DNA of 64,000 nt, taken from the NCBI GenBank assembly GCA_002633005.1, contig NMRA01000254.1, positions 305,021 through 369,020 of the forward strand. Reading direction: 5' to 3'. The position numbers were made by a program, and so were the translations under genes. Shown here piece by piece: positions 12,549 through 26,279 of this stretch. This DNA comes from Phoronis australis (lineage: Eukaryota > Animalia > Phoronida). The notes under the pieces were generated by a model. The model did not search any database. It saw nothing but the letters and a program-made list of their open reading frames with translations, and had not been told where the DNA came from. Every line of letters starts with the position of its first letter. The first letter of the stretch is position 1.

Positions 12549-12686
12549 GGTAGAGTTCAGTAACTATAGGATCTCGCTAAAACCAAGTCAAAGTCACGTG
12601 GTCTCATTTAAAATACACGGCAATGTCTCGCGTAATCTCGCGAAGTCTTGTTTTTTAGCAAGGTTCTAGCGTTACTGAACTCTAAC
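12549..12686. mobile_element. 138-bp Harbinger-type MITE (family B)
   Basis: TIR GGTAGAGTTCAGTAAC, CTG target duplication; sister copies at 32654-32791 and ~61488-61605. Confidence 0.75.
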
Positions 12687-12699
12687 CTGCAGTTTATGG

Positions 12700-13295
12700 T
12701 GTAACAGGAGTGCCATGGACCTGATTATGTAAGATATATGCGCCCTCTAGTGGTCAAGCTGTGTATTACGTATGGAATTTTCCTATGATGTCGAGTCCTT
12801 TGGACATGGCCAAATATGGTCAGAAGCTAGGAGCTATGGGCCTCGCCCTTCAGATCGTGTCTGATTGGTTGAAATTGTGTACTTAAGCTTTGTCTCTGTC
12901 AGACACGAGGAGTCCAGTCGCAGAGTTCAAGAAGCAAACATTTACACCTTCACTCACACCAAATTGCAACTGTTTGTGCAGCTTTCGGGCTCCTCCCGAG
13001 CTTGATTGCATCTCACCTTTCGGATCTGAATAACCAAATTGCCCCGTTCTTGCACACACAACTATTAATCAGCGACTGGCTTGCCCGTGTATCAGAACTG
13101 TATAATTCACAACGCTGCGATACTAAATCATGGAACAACTGGATTGCTTGTAAGTGTGAAATATTGTAGTTATATATTCTTCCAATAAACCTATGTATTA
13201 TTCACCAACTTTTTGTTTTCAATATCACCCTCAGTCCGCACCGGGATCGTAAAATCGGGGCGCCTTGGTCGTAGATACCCCCCCCCCCCGTTACA
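12700..13295 (+). mobile_element. Solo LTR (Gypsy-like, 4-bp TSD)
   Basis: TGTAAC...GTTACA termini, ATGG duplicated at 12696-12699 and 13296-13299, AATAAA at ~13184. Confidence 0.88.
12740..12753 (-). promoter_or_regulatory. CTCF-type motif inside the LTR
   Basis: Reverse complement reads CCACTAGAGGGCGC, matching the CTCF core consensus; binding not demonstrated. Confidence 0.5.
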
Positions 13296-14749
13296 ATGGT
13301 TTCTGCTGGCTCTAAGTGGCGAGTTCGTTCACAACGTGCAACACGTGTCGTCTGGGCAGCGGGGAACGTGATCTTACGACAACTGGAGAACATCAACTCA
13401 TCGACTCCGTTTTATTAAAGCTACCTCCTAATTGTCTATAGCTACGATGGTCGTATTCTGAACTCTGTTTTGAATGCGAACTAAGGTCCACGTTTTCGTC
13501 ACTCGCAATGATTTGTTCTTCTAAAATCAGTGTAACCCCAAATTCGTAGTGATAACCTGCGTACGACCGACTTAGCTACAACCAATCGTGCGGCCCTTGG
13601 TTAAACGGGGCCCAATACTGTTTGAAATCCCACGTATTGTGAATTACTGGATCAAGCCAAAATTGCAAACTTCAAAACTGGAGTAAACCAAGACCGTTTT
13701 GATGTTGATGATTTTCGTTGAAGCATTTTATTAACCCCATTTGGTCCATCATTTTATCACGTGTAATGATAAACAATAAATCGCCATATTAAAAACTCCA
13801 ACTAAGGGCTTCACTTTGAATCCAAAACAATGATTTTCAATAGTGGCGCTGTTAGGGAGTTTAAAGGACATCTGAGCGACTCGATTGCCACCAGGTAGCG
13901 CTCGGGAACAAAATTCCTTCTTTTTACGTTTGAACATATTGAGAGCAGAAGGCAATTCACCAGCATGATGATGTTCGTAATATAAGTAACCCACGTGATT
14001 TGCCTGAATACTTACATTCCTATGGCAAGGTCCCTTGCTTCACTTGCGACACCTAGTGAATTTCCAATTCCTTATCGTAATAATTGTGTGCATATTTACT
14101 GTGGTTGTATAAGATGTTGCGTTGTGTTTATGGGGCATTGCGGATAGGTCCGTTCACCAGAATCTTTTTGTAGCATTTCTCTTGAAACATGAACACTAAA
14201 ATTACAGAACTATTGGCTCCTGTCATTCGAATAAAAACTTTTATGTGAATTCCGAAAATTAACCTTAAACATTCGTGTGAACTGGGATGGCAATATTTTA
14301 TTCTAAATATCACTTCGCATAAAATCAAGTGCCATACTTTATTTACACACTGTACTTGATTGCTTGGTAACCGACAAATTCTTCAGAATTTTGGGTAAAC
14401 CGCCAGAGACGCTAATTGTATCTTGAGTCGTAATACAAGGAAGCAATCAAATGACTTACAGTGTACCTTGTTAACTCAGGGAAAACGGGCGGCGTTGACA
14501 GTTGTCAAGTCAAAATGAAGCCACTGATCATAACACAAATTACTATTGAGGAAATCTTCAGAGTCATATGGATTTGGGATGGGTTGCATAAAACTTAAAC
14601 TATCCGCTGGATAAGTTCGATTGTTGCTTGACGTCAGGTGCATTGCGCAACAATAACAACAAGGCATGTGCTAATGTGACGTCATTGTTGCCATACGACG
14701 TGTAACTTTTATGCAATGCAACTGGGCCCTGCTGTACAGTTCTGCTTAA

Positions 14750-16627
14750 AGGCGAAGGCAACCTTTTTTCATGTCATTTTGAGCTAAAATAAGGTTGGTT
14801 GGTTATCCTAGACATATTTTCCACTTAATCACAGCTTTTTGTAATTTTGTTAATTACTCGTCCGCTACTCCGGAAGTGACGTTTTAGGAGGCAAGCATTT
14901 CGCGCTAATTTCTTTTCATATAGTCTGACTGTGAGAGCTGCCGAGTCAGTCATTGTTTTACCTCGGTTGTGTTAAGTTACGTCGTCGTTTGCTTTCATTT
15001 ACTAGTCAGTCAACATGCCACACTGTTGCTGCGTACCGGGATGTACTAATTATCGTCTCACGCGCTTTGGGAGTACCTTAGCATCGCTTTCCGATGGATT
15101 ACACACTTCGTCGTACTTGTCTCGTTCGTGTGAAGAACGCAGCGTTACCCGTCCACGCAACGTACAAAGCAGTCGAGAATTACCGTGTGTGTGGCATGCA
15201 CTTTCTGCAGTCCGATTAAGAAAGGGATTTGTACGCTGAACTGATGAAGGTCCCTGCGAAACAACGCCTGAAGAAGGATGCCATTCCGTGTGTGTTGATT
15301 CCCGGCAATGCCCCGTCGCCACCCCCGAGAAGTGCGTTTTTGAAGAGAGAAGCCTCGCGAGCTGTGGCCAGTACAGTGACTGGAGCCAGTGGAGGCACTT
15401 CATCCACTGTCACCCGTGCCTCCGAAACGTACCCAGAGCGTGCCATTCCTGGAACCAGTAGTGATTCGCCCTGTGCTGTTTTCTCCAGCCCAGGGCCTCT
15501 AGTAAGCAGCCCTGCAGCGATATTGAGTAGTGGGAGTGATTGCAGGCCCAGTTCGACACCCAGTGAAGAGGACAATTCGTCGTTCAGTGAACAGATCGGT
15601 GAGCCAAACTTTGATAAGTTTATTGTGGACTTGTCTATTCAGAAGGTGCCAGGTGTGTGGCGAGGGAGTCACACGACACGATGTAAGCAGTTTGGGTGCT
15701 CANNNNNNNNNNNNNNNNNNNNNNNNNNNNNNNNNNNNNNNNNNNNNNNNNNNNNNNNNNNNNNNNNNNNNNNNNNNNNNNNNNNNNNNNNNNNNNNNNN
15801 NNNNNNNNNNNNNNNNNNNNNNNNNNNNNNNNNNNNNNNNNNNNNNNNNNNNNNNNNNNNNNNNNNNNNNNNNNNNNNNNNNNNNNNNNNNNNNNNNNNN
15901 NNNNNNNNNNNNNNNNNNNNNNNNNNNNNNNNNNNNNNNNNNNNNNNNNNNNNNNNNNNNNNNNNNNNNNNNNNNNNNNNNNNNNNNNNNNNNNNNNNNN
16001 NNNNNNNNNNNNNNNNNNNNNNNNNNNNNNNNNNNNNNNNNNNNNNNNNNNNNNNNNNNNNNNNNNNNNNNNNNNNNNNNNNNNNNNNNNNNNNNNNNNN
16101 NNNNNNNNNNNNNNNNNNNNNNNNNNNNNNNNNNNNNNNNNNNNNNNNNNNNNNNNNNNNNNNNNNNNNNNNNNNNNNNNNNNNNNNNNNNNNNNNNNNN
16201 NNNNNNNNNNNNNNNNNNNNNNNNNNNNNNNNNNNNNNNNNNNNNNNNNNNNNNNNNNNNNNNNNNNNNNNNNNNNNNNNNNNNNNNNNNNNNNNNNNNN
16301 NNNNNNNNNNNNNNNNNNNNNNNNNNNNNNNNNNNNNNNNNNNNNAGCAACAGTGTGGCATGTTGACTGACTAGTAAATGAAAGCAAACGACGACGTAAC
16401 TTAACACAACCGAGGTAGAACAATGACTGACTCTTGGCAGCTCTCACAGTCAGACTATATGAAAAGAAATTGGCGAGAAATGCTTGCCTCCTAAAACGTC
16501 ACTTCCGGAGTAGCGGACGAGTAATTAATAAAATTACGAAAAGCTGTAATTAAGTGGAAAATATGTCTAGGATAACCAACCAACCTTATTTTAGCTCAAA
16601 ATGACATGAAAAAAGTTGCCTTCGCCT
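14750..16627 (+). mobile_element. Non-autonomous Kolobok family 1, copy 1 (contains assembly gap)
   Basis: TTAA on both sides, termini AGGCGAAGGCAAC; frameshifted THAP start MPHCCCVPGCTN...VCGMHF...RLKKDAIP from 15015; CQVC motif near 15650. Confidence 0.88.
15703..16345. other. Assembly gap
   Basis: Run of N. Confidence 1.
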
Positions 16628-18497
16628 TTAAAAACAGTAAGGAGACGTAAATTTGCCAAAAATAGATTGTTCAAAGCATGTAATTGTTGTTGAGTATTTT
16701 AAATGTTAAAACGTTTTAAGAAATCATAAATTCTCAGTGTTGTATTTACAGAGACATGGAAGTAAATAAAGTATCTTATGTTACACGCAATCATCATAAT
16801 TTGTGCCCGCAGCCATGGCTGATAAATTCAACCGCATGTACAAAATTATTTGAATAGCACTCTTTTGACCTGACCACGTGACTCAAAACTTGACTGCTGA
16901 TTGGACGTGCTATTGAAAGTATGAAACATGTACAGTACGTAGTCTTTGAGATTTTTCGTCAGCAAATGATCTCAACAAAAGTAACGGCCCATGGTTCAAT
17001 TTTTGAGAATTATTAATGTAGCGTTTTATCTCGCGTACACTGGGGTTGCTCACAATGCGAACCACATTGATCCTTCAATTAAAAAGTTCGACATCAAGAA
17101 CTTTTCAGGAAACCGGACCGAAGTTTGTCGTACTGGATGAAAGTGAATTAACAAATCATGTCTTGTCTTTTTAAAAGGAAATACTAGCGAACCAGATAAA
17201 AGATTAACCTGGATGCACCATTTTCAACATAGTTGGAGGTATACGCTTTTAGTTTAAAAGCACTGCGAGTTGCACGTGTCTCGCAAGTTCTCAGAACTTG
17301 GCCCGTTTCTTGCGAAAAATCGAGATCACGTAAGAGCACACAAAACAAGCGTATGAAAAGTGTTTCGCGAGAAAGCTTGAATCTCGCATGCACTCTGGGC
17401 AAAATGCCGCGAGACTTGAATATTCGGGGAAAAATCCTTGATCCATTTCGTAAATTTTTTTCGCTGTAAGTGTCTTGCGTTAGGGCCCGCATCCTCGGCA
17501 CGCATGGAACACGCTTAATTTGCCCCAAATTTTCCAAATTAAAACGTTACCTTTTAGCTAGGATGCCCAATGAGGCGTGTGCTTTTTATCATAAAATTAT
17601 CCTTCCAGGTAGTCCATTTGCAATGTTTTCGCATTTTCAAGAATCAATTCTGACATAGTTACATCAACTTCATTCAAAAACTCACTGATACTTCGTCGGC
17701 GAGGAGACAAAACCATGGGAACCTGATGGGTGTCACGTACATTGTAGGCTGGGACAGTTGAGTAGAACTAATTTGCACACAACATGTGGTAAAGGCGCTC
17801 ACATCAGCGACATAAAAAGAGCATTGACGTTTTAAGTATAGAGAATATGAAGTGTGTGCATCGTAGAGCGTATATTTGTGTAGCCTTGGTACAAAGCTGT
17901 ATACTAAACATACAGCTTTGCACCGATGTGTGTAAAAAACTGGTGAGATAAAATCTGACACAAAAATATTGCGTCATCTATTGGCCAGTTTCTTTTTTCG
18001 CCGATTTTTCAATCAACTGTTCTTCTTTCACGAGCTCGCGTACACATCACAACAAATTATTTATTGGAGCTGGTTTCTCTTCATTATAAGTTTTTAGAAT
18101 TTCGATACCGCAAAACCGAATTTCAGAACAAATTTGCTGTTGCGAAGTTGTCGCAAAAATTAGGAAATGGCGCATGCGCGTGACATGAGCGTACTGTTTT
18201 AAAAACGACGACATACTTTTCATTGTTAGATAACGTAGAAAATAAATCTGAAATTAAATAAGGCGATCCAGATCCTCAAGGATACTGTTGTTTCACGAAA
18301 TGTAGAATATATATAGGTAAATACCTATATATATTTTACAATCCGAGATGTACGCTAACTGTGTGTGTATGATAAGCATAGCGTTTACATTTGGCTTCCA
18401 GAAATACTACTAAAGTGATTTTTGGAGACCAATATCCTCGTCTACTTGAAATGTTGCTTTCGATAAACAGTATCCCCAATACTTTGCGTTGACCATT

Positions 18498-18522
18498 ATG
18501 GTGTTTCACGCTTTGTATACTT
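18498..18522 (+). CDS. Candidate first coding exon of mosaic receptor (MVFHALYT)
   Basis: ATG...t|GTAAGG phase-1 donor; joined to 26847 gives the signal-peptide-like MVFHALYTLLFGFSFCIWTKHVDG. Confidence 0.45.
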
Positions 18523-18902
18523 GTAAGGTCAATTGTTTGTTATGGATTTCTACACCTTAAGCGGGTATTTTAATCGAGATTTCTATACTTCAGGTTGTAT
18601 TTTTTGTGACAACCACGTGAACAGAACAGAAAACAATTTTTTGATAATAGGTGGAACATCGCAAAATTCTTTGAAAACTTTTGAATACCGAAACCAATCA
18701 AGTCAGTGCTGTACGCGTGAGAACGACAATCTTCTGCACCATGGACTGTATTTTAGGCTGAAATGAACTGCACTCAGCTCAAAGCTTCACTCTGCCGACG
18801 GATGGCAAACACTGGCATTTGTTTACTTTCATAAACCAATCAGGCGTCTTTGCCGATTGACCCACGCATAACACTTGCGGAGTTAAATCGTTACTTATGG
18901 AA

Positions 18903-21487
18903 TAATTACTCTGCACGTGCAAGCGCAGAGTACTGTTGTTCCTGGGTTTTCTTCAATTTTATTCTTATTCTTCTTATTCTTCTTATTCTTCTTATTCTTC
19001 TTCTTCCGACCAACTTTGAGGCTTAATAACTCCAAATTGGATGCAGGTACGGTCTTTAAATTCAGCATATGACTTTTGACAGTATATAAATTTTGATTGG
19101 TTATATAATCATATTCCATATTGCACCGGAAGAGGTCGTATGGTGCAAAGGTCATATAATTTTCAAAATGCTACTCCTCCTTCAGTTTTAAAGCTATCTT
19201 TTTCAAATTCGGTGCACAGGTATAAGTCAACATGACAATTTAAAAAATTTCTTTTCTAAGAAATCGAGTCATCCAATCAGGTGAAATAGGCCAAAGGTCA
19301 TTAGGTGCAAACTAAAATTTTGAGCTAGACACTTCAAATTGACAGGTCTGATTGCCACAGGTAAATCAAATCGGAATCCAAAGTTTCAGGTCATTTAGTG
19401 CAAACATGGGGTCATTAGGTGCATTTTACTTCTGAAAATTTGACCTTTTCAATCAGCAAGTATTCTGATGTGTCAACCGTTAGACAACTGTGATTCTCAG
19501 CGTTAAACACATTTTCCATGGGCTTTGCAATAATTCTCCTGAAGATGCTTAAAATGCACCGGATAAGGTTAATTAGTGCAAAGGTCATGTAACGTTCAAA
19601 ATGTTATATCTCTTACGTTTTTCAAGGAATTCTTTTCAATTTCAGCACACTGGTGTAAGTCAACATGCCAATTAAATACACTACTTTACTTCGCAATATG
19701 CCTAACCAATCAGAAAAAATAGGTCAAAGGTTATTGAGTGCAAACTAAAATTTTGAGCTAGGGACTTCAGAATTACGTATCTGTTTACTAAGTGCGATTG
19801 AGTATGATTTCTAAATTTTCAGGTCATTTGGTGCACCAATGGGGTCATTAGGTTTTTTTCTTCGTAAGATATCGTAATGTATTTCAAGCGAAGCACATGA
19901 TATTACCAGCAGCTTTTCTTGCGCCCTGATTGCAGTGCAATCAAAGAACACAAGTCGTCATTTACCTATTGTGTTGTTTATTGCTTATTTGACGTGCATT
20001 TCTTTAATCTTAATTTACTTTTAAATCAAATTAGTAAATTCATTTTTTTTAAATCATTTCATTTCTAAATACACTAATATTTACAAACAATAAGATCTTT
20101 GCAAATGAAACACAGGCACGCACACACGCTCACACACATATCTAAATTACAGAAATTCACGGTTGGTCTAAAATAAATAGGCATTGATGGTTTCCCAGAA
20201 GGCAGTTTTGCGGGGTTGTATATTCCTTACTTTACAGTAATTATACAAGAAACATTGAAATTGTGAATATTTAGGAATAATCTGGCTTCTAGAACATTTA
20301 TGGATGAAATACTGGCAAATAGTTAATATGGTATTGATATCTTCAAAATTACATCCAAAATATGCTGTCAGAATAGCATTTCTATCCAAGACTAAATCGT
20401 GTTGTGCAGTTACGTAAATTAAAAGTTTCTGAATTTCACACCACAAAGTTTTCACAGAACCACATTCCACAAACATATGGTTAAAAGTCTCAACAGTTCC
20501 ACAAGATGGACACTTGTCATCACTGACTAAGTTCATCTTTTTCAAAATAAGTTTTGTAAACAGTTTTCTATGAATATAGAAGTACTTAAAGGTTTTAACA
20601 TAAGGAGGTAACAAGAGTTTGTGTGGAAGAACATAAATTTGTTTAATTCGTTGTCTAGAGTAAATGTCAGTTAAGCTGTACTCTATATCAGGAGGAAAAA
20701 CAATTTTGGAAAGCAAAATATTTCTAGAAAACAAATTAGTAATTTGGCTTGACTGGGGATGTATGCATTTTGAAATTGAAAGATCAGCTTTCAACTTAAT
20801 CGCACGTCTCAAAGCAGCATAATGAATCCAATTTGAAAGCTTGTATCTATTTTTCAAAACCTCCCAAGACAGAAATTTATTAACAAAGTTCAAAAGATCC
20901 TTCACAAAAGTAATACCAGCATCAAAGAAACTATTAAAGAATACAGACCTCCTATTAATCAATATGTTTTTATTATTCCAAACTACTTGGTTTACAATTG
21001 TTATGTCCTTATGTAACTGAGCACCAATTTCTTCCCAAGCAATCAAGATGTCAAGATAGAAGGTATCAATATTTGCAAGAGACAGCAATTTACAATCATA
21101 ATTTGATTTAAAAACCAAAAAACCTCCATATGTTTTAAAAATATACCAAGGAAACACTTTGGGGACATTAGGTGCATTTTTCTTCTGAAAGTTTGACCAC
21201 TTCATTCATCTTGTATTCTGAAGTGCTTAAAGTAAAACATGTGTGATTATTAGCATTAACCACACTTTTAATCGAGTTAACAATTACTCGCTCATCGGGG
21301 CTCATAATGCACCGGAAAAGGTCAATTAGTGGAAAGGTCATCAAAAAATTAATATGTAATTTCTCTTAAGATTTTAAAGAATTCCTTTTCATATTGGTAA
21401 ACGGGTTGCTGTCAGTAACTTCCCATAATAATTCCAGTAATACGCAAGCGCAGAGTCCGTTATTGTCACGCCGTGACCAAAATCTTT
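18903..21487 (+). mobile_element. Helentron-associated non-autonomous element (HINE/DINE-1-like)
   Basis: 5' palindrome tactctgc...gcagagta, (TTCTTATTC)n at ~18961-19005, ~433-bp tandem units starting 19122, 19555 and 21308, 3' gcaagcgcagagt followed by the GTCACG-C-CGTGAC hairpin. Confidence 0.7.
19854..21159 (-). mobile_element. 5'-truncated L1/Tx1 retrotransposon (ORF2 C-terminus plus 3' UTR)
   Basis: Open frame 20168-~21160 with VWNNKNILINRRSVF, GITFVKDLL and zf-RVT CPSCGTVETFNHMFVEC; short poly-T at 19853; near-duplicated tgggg[t/a]cattaggt flanks. Confidence 0.88.
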
Positions 21488-22680
21488 CAACTTATATCTT
21501 GCAATTCAACATTCAAACCTCACCGGCCATCAGTTCAATGACCGCCATTTTATTAATAGTGCTGTTTTTCGTTAAAAATCGATAGTGTTCCACTTGGTTA
21601 TCTCGAACAAAAACACGAACAATTTAAATGAACCTCAGAGTCAGACCGAGGATGCGCAACCTACAGTTTTTTTGTAACATAGCACGTGCTAACAACTTGC
21701 AAATCGCCTGGTCCTCGTGGATCTTATCTTATGGTTTTTACCGTCTTATATATGACATCTCATCGTTCAAACATACCATAATGAAACTTTCTGGAAATGT
21801 ACGGTACGTAATTGTTACTAAGGATGAATAGCAACAGTCATTTTCGACTCCTTTTTACCTCATTTTGCACTTCTATGTACGCTCTGTTTCACTGGAAAAA
21901 CTCACTCGATGTAACAAAACATATTTTGCTGTTATTTCGAATAGTGTCACCTAAATGAAAATTGGCAAAGAGACTAAATGTTTACAAGCGATATAGGACT
22001 ACTAATTGGGCTAACAAAAATGTGAACCCATGCAACTTAACTTTTCCTGAAGCACGCATTTTTAAGTCGTGATTTCTTGACGATTTGTATTGAAATTTAG
22101 GGATTTTCAGTACTGTTTAATGTAGAGCTCCACTTTAAATTTGTATCTTTTTCCAGAACAGAAACTTGCCAGTCGTCTGCTTCTTCTGCCACTTCAATTT
22201 GTTTTTAACCGTGTTCAAAATACGAGATTTTGCGCACGCCCGATCCTGTAAACAAGGTGGCACGCACGCCGTTCCAGCTTTTTCCGTCTTAGGCGGAAGG
22301 GAAATCATTGTAACGTTGGATACTTGTTCATTCAACGAAATTCATGAGGGTATCGATCGTGGCTACGCAGCGTAACTTGTAGGGTTGGTGCAGTATATTT
22401 AGTAAACAGCTTTGCACCAAGGCTAGCTGGCTGGCTACCTGGCTTTCACAACATGTATTAATTAACAGTATCAATCATACATCAATAACTTGGAGCGCTA
22501 CAATGACAGGCGTACATTTGAAGAAGCATGTCCGACTCGGATAGTTGGTCAAAAGGTTGCTACTATATATTTCCCAGAATGATTATCACAAAACGTTTTC
22601 CTTGACAACATACATACACTGTAGGTTCAATATCTTGGAGCGCATTTGAAATGTCAGTGTGACAGTAATGACGTGACAAT

Positions 22681-25600
22681 GGGGCTATTCGGAGAATTCT
22701 CCTCGCGGTGTCGCTGCTGTACTAGTGGTGATTGAATTGCGCATGCGTTGCTGTCTGCATGTAAACAACTGGCAAAAGATGGAATTGTTATCAAAATACG
22801 TCGTCGCGCTAAGCCTTATTACTGCTAATTTCCTTGCTGCAAGTCTTCGACAGGTGGCCACAAATTCCCAAAAGATCTAAAGGTTACTATATTCGTGGAC
22901 AATTGCGGTTAAAAGGGTCAACTAACTGACAAAAAGTGTGTGAATGCTGAAGCCCCGTATGTGCTCTATGACTATGCAGTAGCGTTCCATTCGGAGACTA
23001 CACAACTTTACTTAGTAAGTTCTTAGCAGTCAGTTTCTACTCTAACATCGTTCGGTGATGTTATCCCCACCAGTTACCCCACTGAATAACATGTTTATTG
23101 AGTGGAACTAAGTGTTTCTTTTAGGAAACTCACCGGGACTCGGATGCCGGGTAGGCTAGCAGCACATATTCATATTGTCCGGGGTGGGAGTGCTCCCAAA
23201 ATAAGAGGTGTGTGGAACGTGATGCACAGAAGTCAAGGGTGACTTTTTCACAGCAGTTTCTCTTCAAAACTATGCTGTTTCTAATAAAATTCTATAGATG
23301 AGTGAGTTTCCTTATTTTATCGCGGACCCCACCCCCAGGACTACCAGATCAGTTATCAATTAACATGAATAAGCCTTAATTCAGTAAATGTAATAACATT
23401 GCATTGGAAAAAAATTGACACCTAGAATGAGTTTTACTTGTTGATAAATACACATTGTAACATCACTTTTAGTCCGTTTCACATATTTTAATTCAGATAT
23501 TAAATGAGACTTGGGTACAAAGGTTATTAGTTTCTACATATAAACATGAAGATGAAACGTCAAGTTTGTTCTGCCTTACAAAAGTAGTTTTGTCTTGTCT
23601 TATCTTTTGCAATTTGCTAATATTTCTCCGACTATTCTGTCACAGGTGAGAGAAAACAGCTGAAACCAACCGCCCGACCGTCCATTTTACCTTTGGACAA
23701 TAACCTGAGAGAATTGAACGTAATTCAGAAAGTCAGCACTTGATATGCCTGATCATGGACTCCGTCGCAATGTTGTTTCTTTCTGTGCTTTTTCAGTGTG
23801 CCATTTGTTTTTAAATACACTGATAATTGTTTATTCTCGAATCTTGTGCATAACAGATTCTTATCCAGCTACCTATAATTGAAAACATACTTTTCTTGCA
23901 TAAGGAACTTGTGTTCATAGACAAGCTAACACAAACCTTAAAATTGTTCAAAGGCCTTCTTAAGAAAGCTCTAAAAATAATTACACACACAAAAAAATCA
24001 AATGCAAAGGTCAACGGGAAAATGACAATTCGCAAGCGTATTCGATATTCTCTTCAGCTTTATCAAGAATAAGCACAAGTGCACTGCATGGGACTTTAAT
24101 ATTGTGGTTTCAATACATGGTGACAAACTTGCCTGTTGATTAAAAATTTATTCAATCATCAAAGTGTAACATTAACGGGCTTTCTACTGACAATAAGACA
24201 ATCGATGCAGTCACTGAATGTCATTTCCCCATAATGTGTACCAAATTGAAAAGATTTTACCATTAGTATAAGCCTTTCTTCTGAAAGGAAAACTTAATGT
24301 CACTCAGCTTTTGGCTTTCATTTCACTGGGATCTAGTTCCAATGGCCTATAGAAGCGCTTGTAAAAAAGGTCCAGTTTCGACACGTGGCTTTCTTTCATG
24401 TAACCTCATTCAGCCTCAATAACATTCACAATTAGACCCTTGAAGGTAAACACAGCAGAATATCACTTGAATCGTTTTGAGCCCAAAATCAGACCCTGAA
24501 CTAGACCAGAGTGTCACTAGGTCTTCTTTAGTTTCAGTCCCTCATGTTTCTTCCAGGAGAGGAAATAAGCTATTGTCCGCACATGACTCATTGCCTATGA
24601 AATGGCATCCTCGCCAACAAGGCTTACTTGTGTAGCAGTCAGATATAGTTCCTCCGAATACACAGACAGTCCACAGGCACATTGTTTTATGGTAACTTAG
24701 TACTGTAATTCACATTTCTGCAGGGCCACTGATAGGTCTACAGTTTCACATAAAATTAAATAATTACTATTTTCAGAAACCAAGGGTGTATATAATAAGT
24801 ATTGCATAAAACTGTCTTTATTTTTTATTCGTAGCCATAACAATTCTTTAAACACATCACCTGTCTGCAAAATATACAAGTTTTTTGAGACAACTTTGTT
24901 ACCCATTTTCAAGCCTGTTTAATTTTGATACTTTCAGCAATTTTAAACTCCGATTACAGATTCATGGGTCTGTCAAGCATACTTCTAGTCTAAGGTTGAG
25001 GGAACCGTTTCTCACACTTTTAATTTTTCTTCTAACAGAAGATATGAAGACTTGGGTCATTTAAAAATGATGGATAATCTTTCTGTTGTTTAAGACTAAT
25101 AACAAATCCTAAGACACCATCAAAAATGCAATTTTCACAAAAATGGCAGTCATTTGAATTTATAACGACTTGCAACATTCCAAGGCATGAGTGAAGACTA
25201 TTCTGTCACTGTGAATTCAGAAAATGTAAGATATTTTCATGGGTTTACAATTGATAGCAAAACAGTTTCATAAAATAAAGTTGTTGGGACTTCATGAAGG
25301 TTAAGAATTACCTCACCATGCGCTTTCCCCCAAACATGTATTACCTGTTATTTCAAAACAATCAGTTGTACCAAATATTACAACCACAACCCCCAATGCC
25401 AATCCCCCGCTAAGGATCTGAATAAGTAAATTAACAAAATGTCTTACATACCTTTCTTTAAAAATAGCTGTTCCTTTTCAAAGGCTTTGTTCGTTGTCTC
25501 CAATATTGAAAGTACATGTGGGCTTTGACAACAGATCTGCACTGGATGGGAAGATCTTGTTGGTTAGCTGCAGTCAAATGCTTAAAACCAATGTTTGTCG

Positions 25601-26279
25601 ATTCATGGACGGTGCAGAAGCGTTGCATATCTCCTCTGCACGGTTCAGGCCCTCAAACCTAAAAAACAAAGGTTGCGCGAAAACAGACGTGATGAATTTC
25701 CATTTCAACGTGTAATGTTTTTTAGAAGAGATATGATAGGGAGTAAACAAATAATCTAATGCAATGTATATTTGTCATATGCCCTTTGCCATTGGGCTTG
25801 GATTGTAATCTTAACTCATTAACCTGTATCGAGTTGACAGCATAAACATTCAGCATTGATTGATTTAACTGTCACTGATAAACTGTTAGAAATCATTCCA
25901 AACAATAATAATGCTTTGATGTACGAAAAGATCCCGATTGCTACGTCAAGTGTCGTAACACATATCAAGACGACAAACAAAGATTAGCCCGACTGGCGAC
26001 TGCCGCGAAGTCGACATTGGCGAGTACAGTACCTCAGTTAACAGGCATCAGTAGAATAATCATGGAATAATCGTTAAAATAATCACAAGCCTTACCTTTT
26101 TATAAGGTCCTGCTTACTTCCTCTCATAGACGCACCCTTTTCACGCAATCTCAGATTCAGTTGGCACGGCTGCAAGCTATTTCGCCATGTATTTAAAGGG
26201 CTCGCGAAATCGAGGCTGTTAATCTATCACCACTAGTACACGCGCGCCCTATAGTTATTGTAGATTTCCGATTAGCCCC
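22681..26279 (+). mobile_element. Full-length decayed ISL2EU (Harbinger-related) transposon
   Basis: TIRs GGGGCTA.TCGGA with inner gtactagtggtgat, AT target duplication. THAP remnant on + (HKFPKDLK..W..AVKR, ~22860), YqaJ-like nuclease remnants on - (CGLSVY.., VQG..., VFTFKGL, ~24420-24680), SAP-like first exon on - (LREKGASMRGSKQDLIK then GTAAG, ~26096-26189). Confidence 0.8.

Noticed and set aside
15229-16447. Long ORFs of 224-381 aa in all frames
   Set aside because: They run through N gaps (poly-X); the same applies at 43345-43749.
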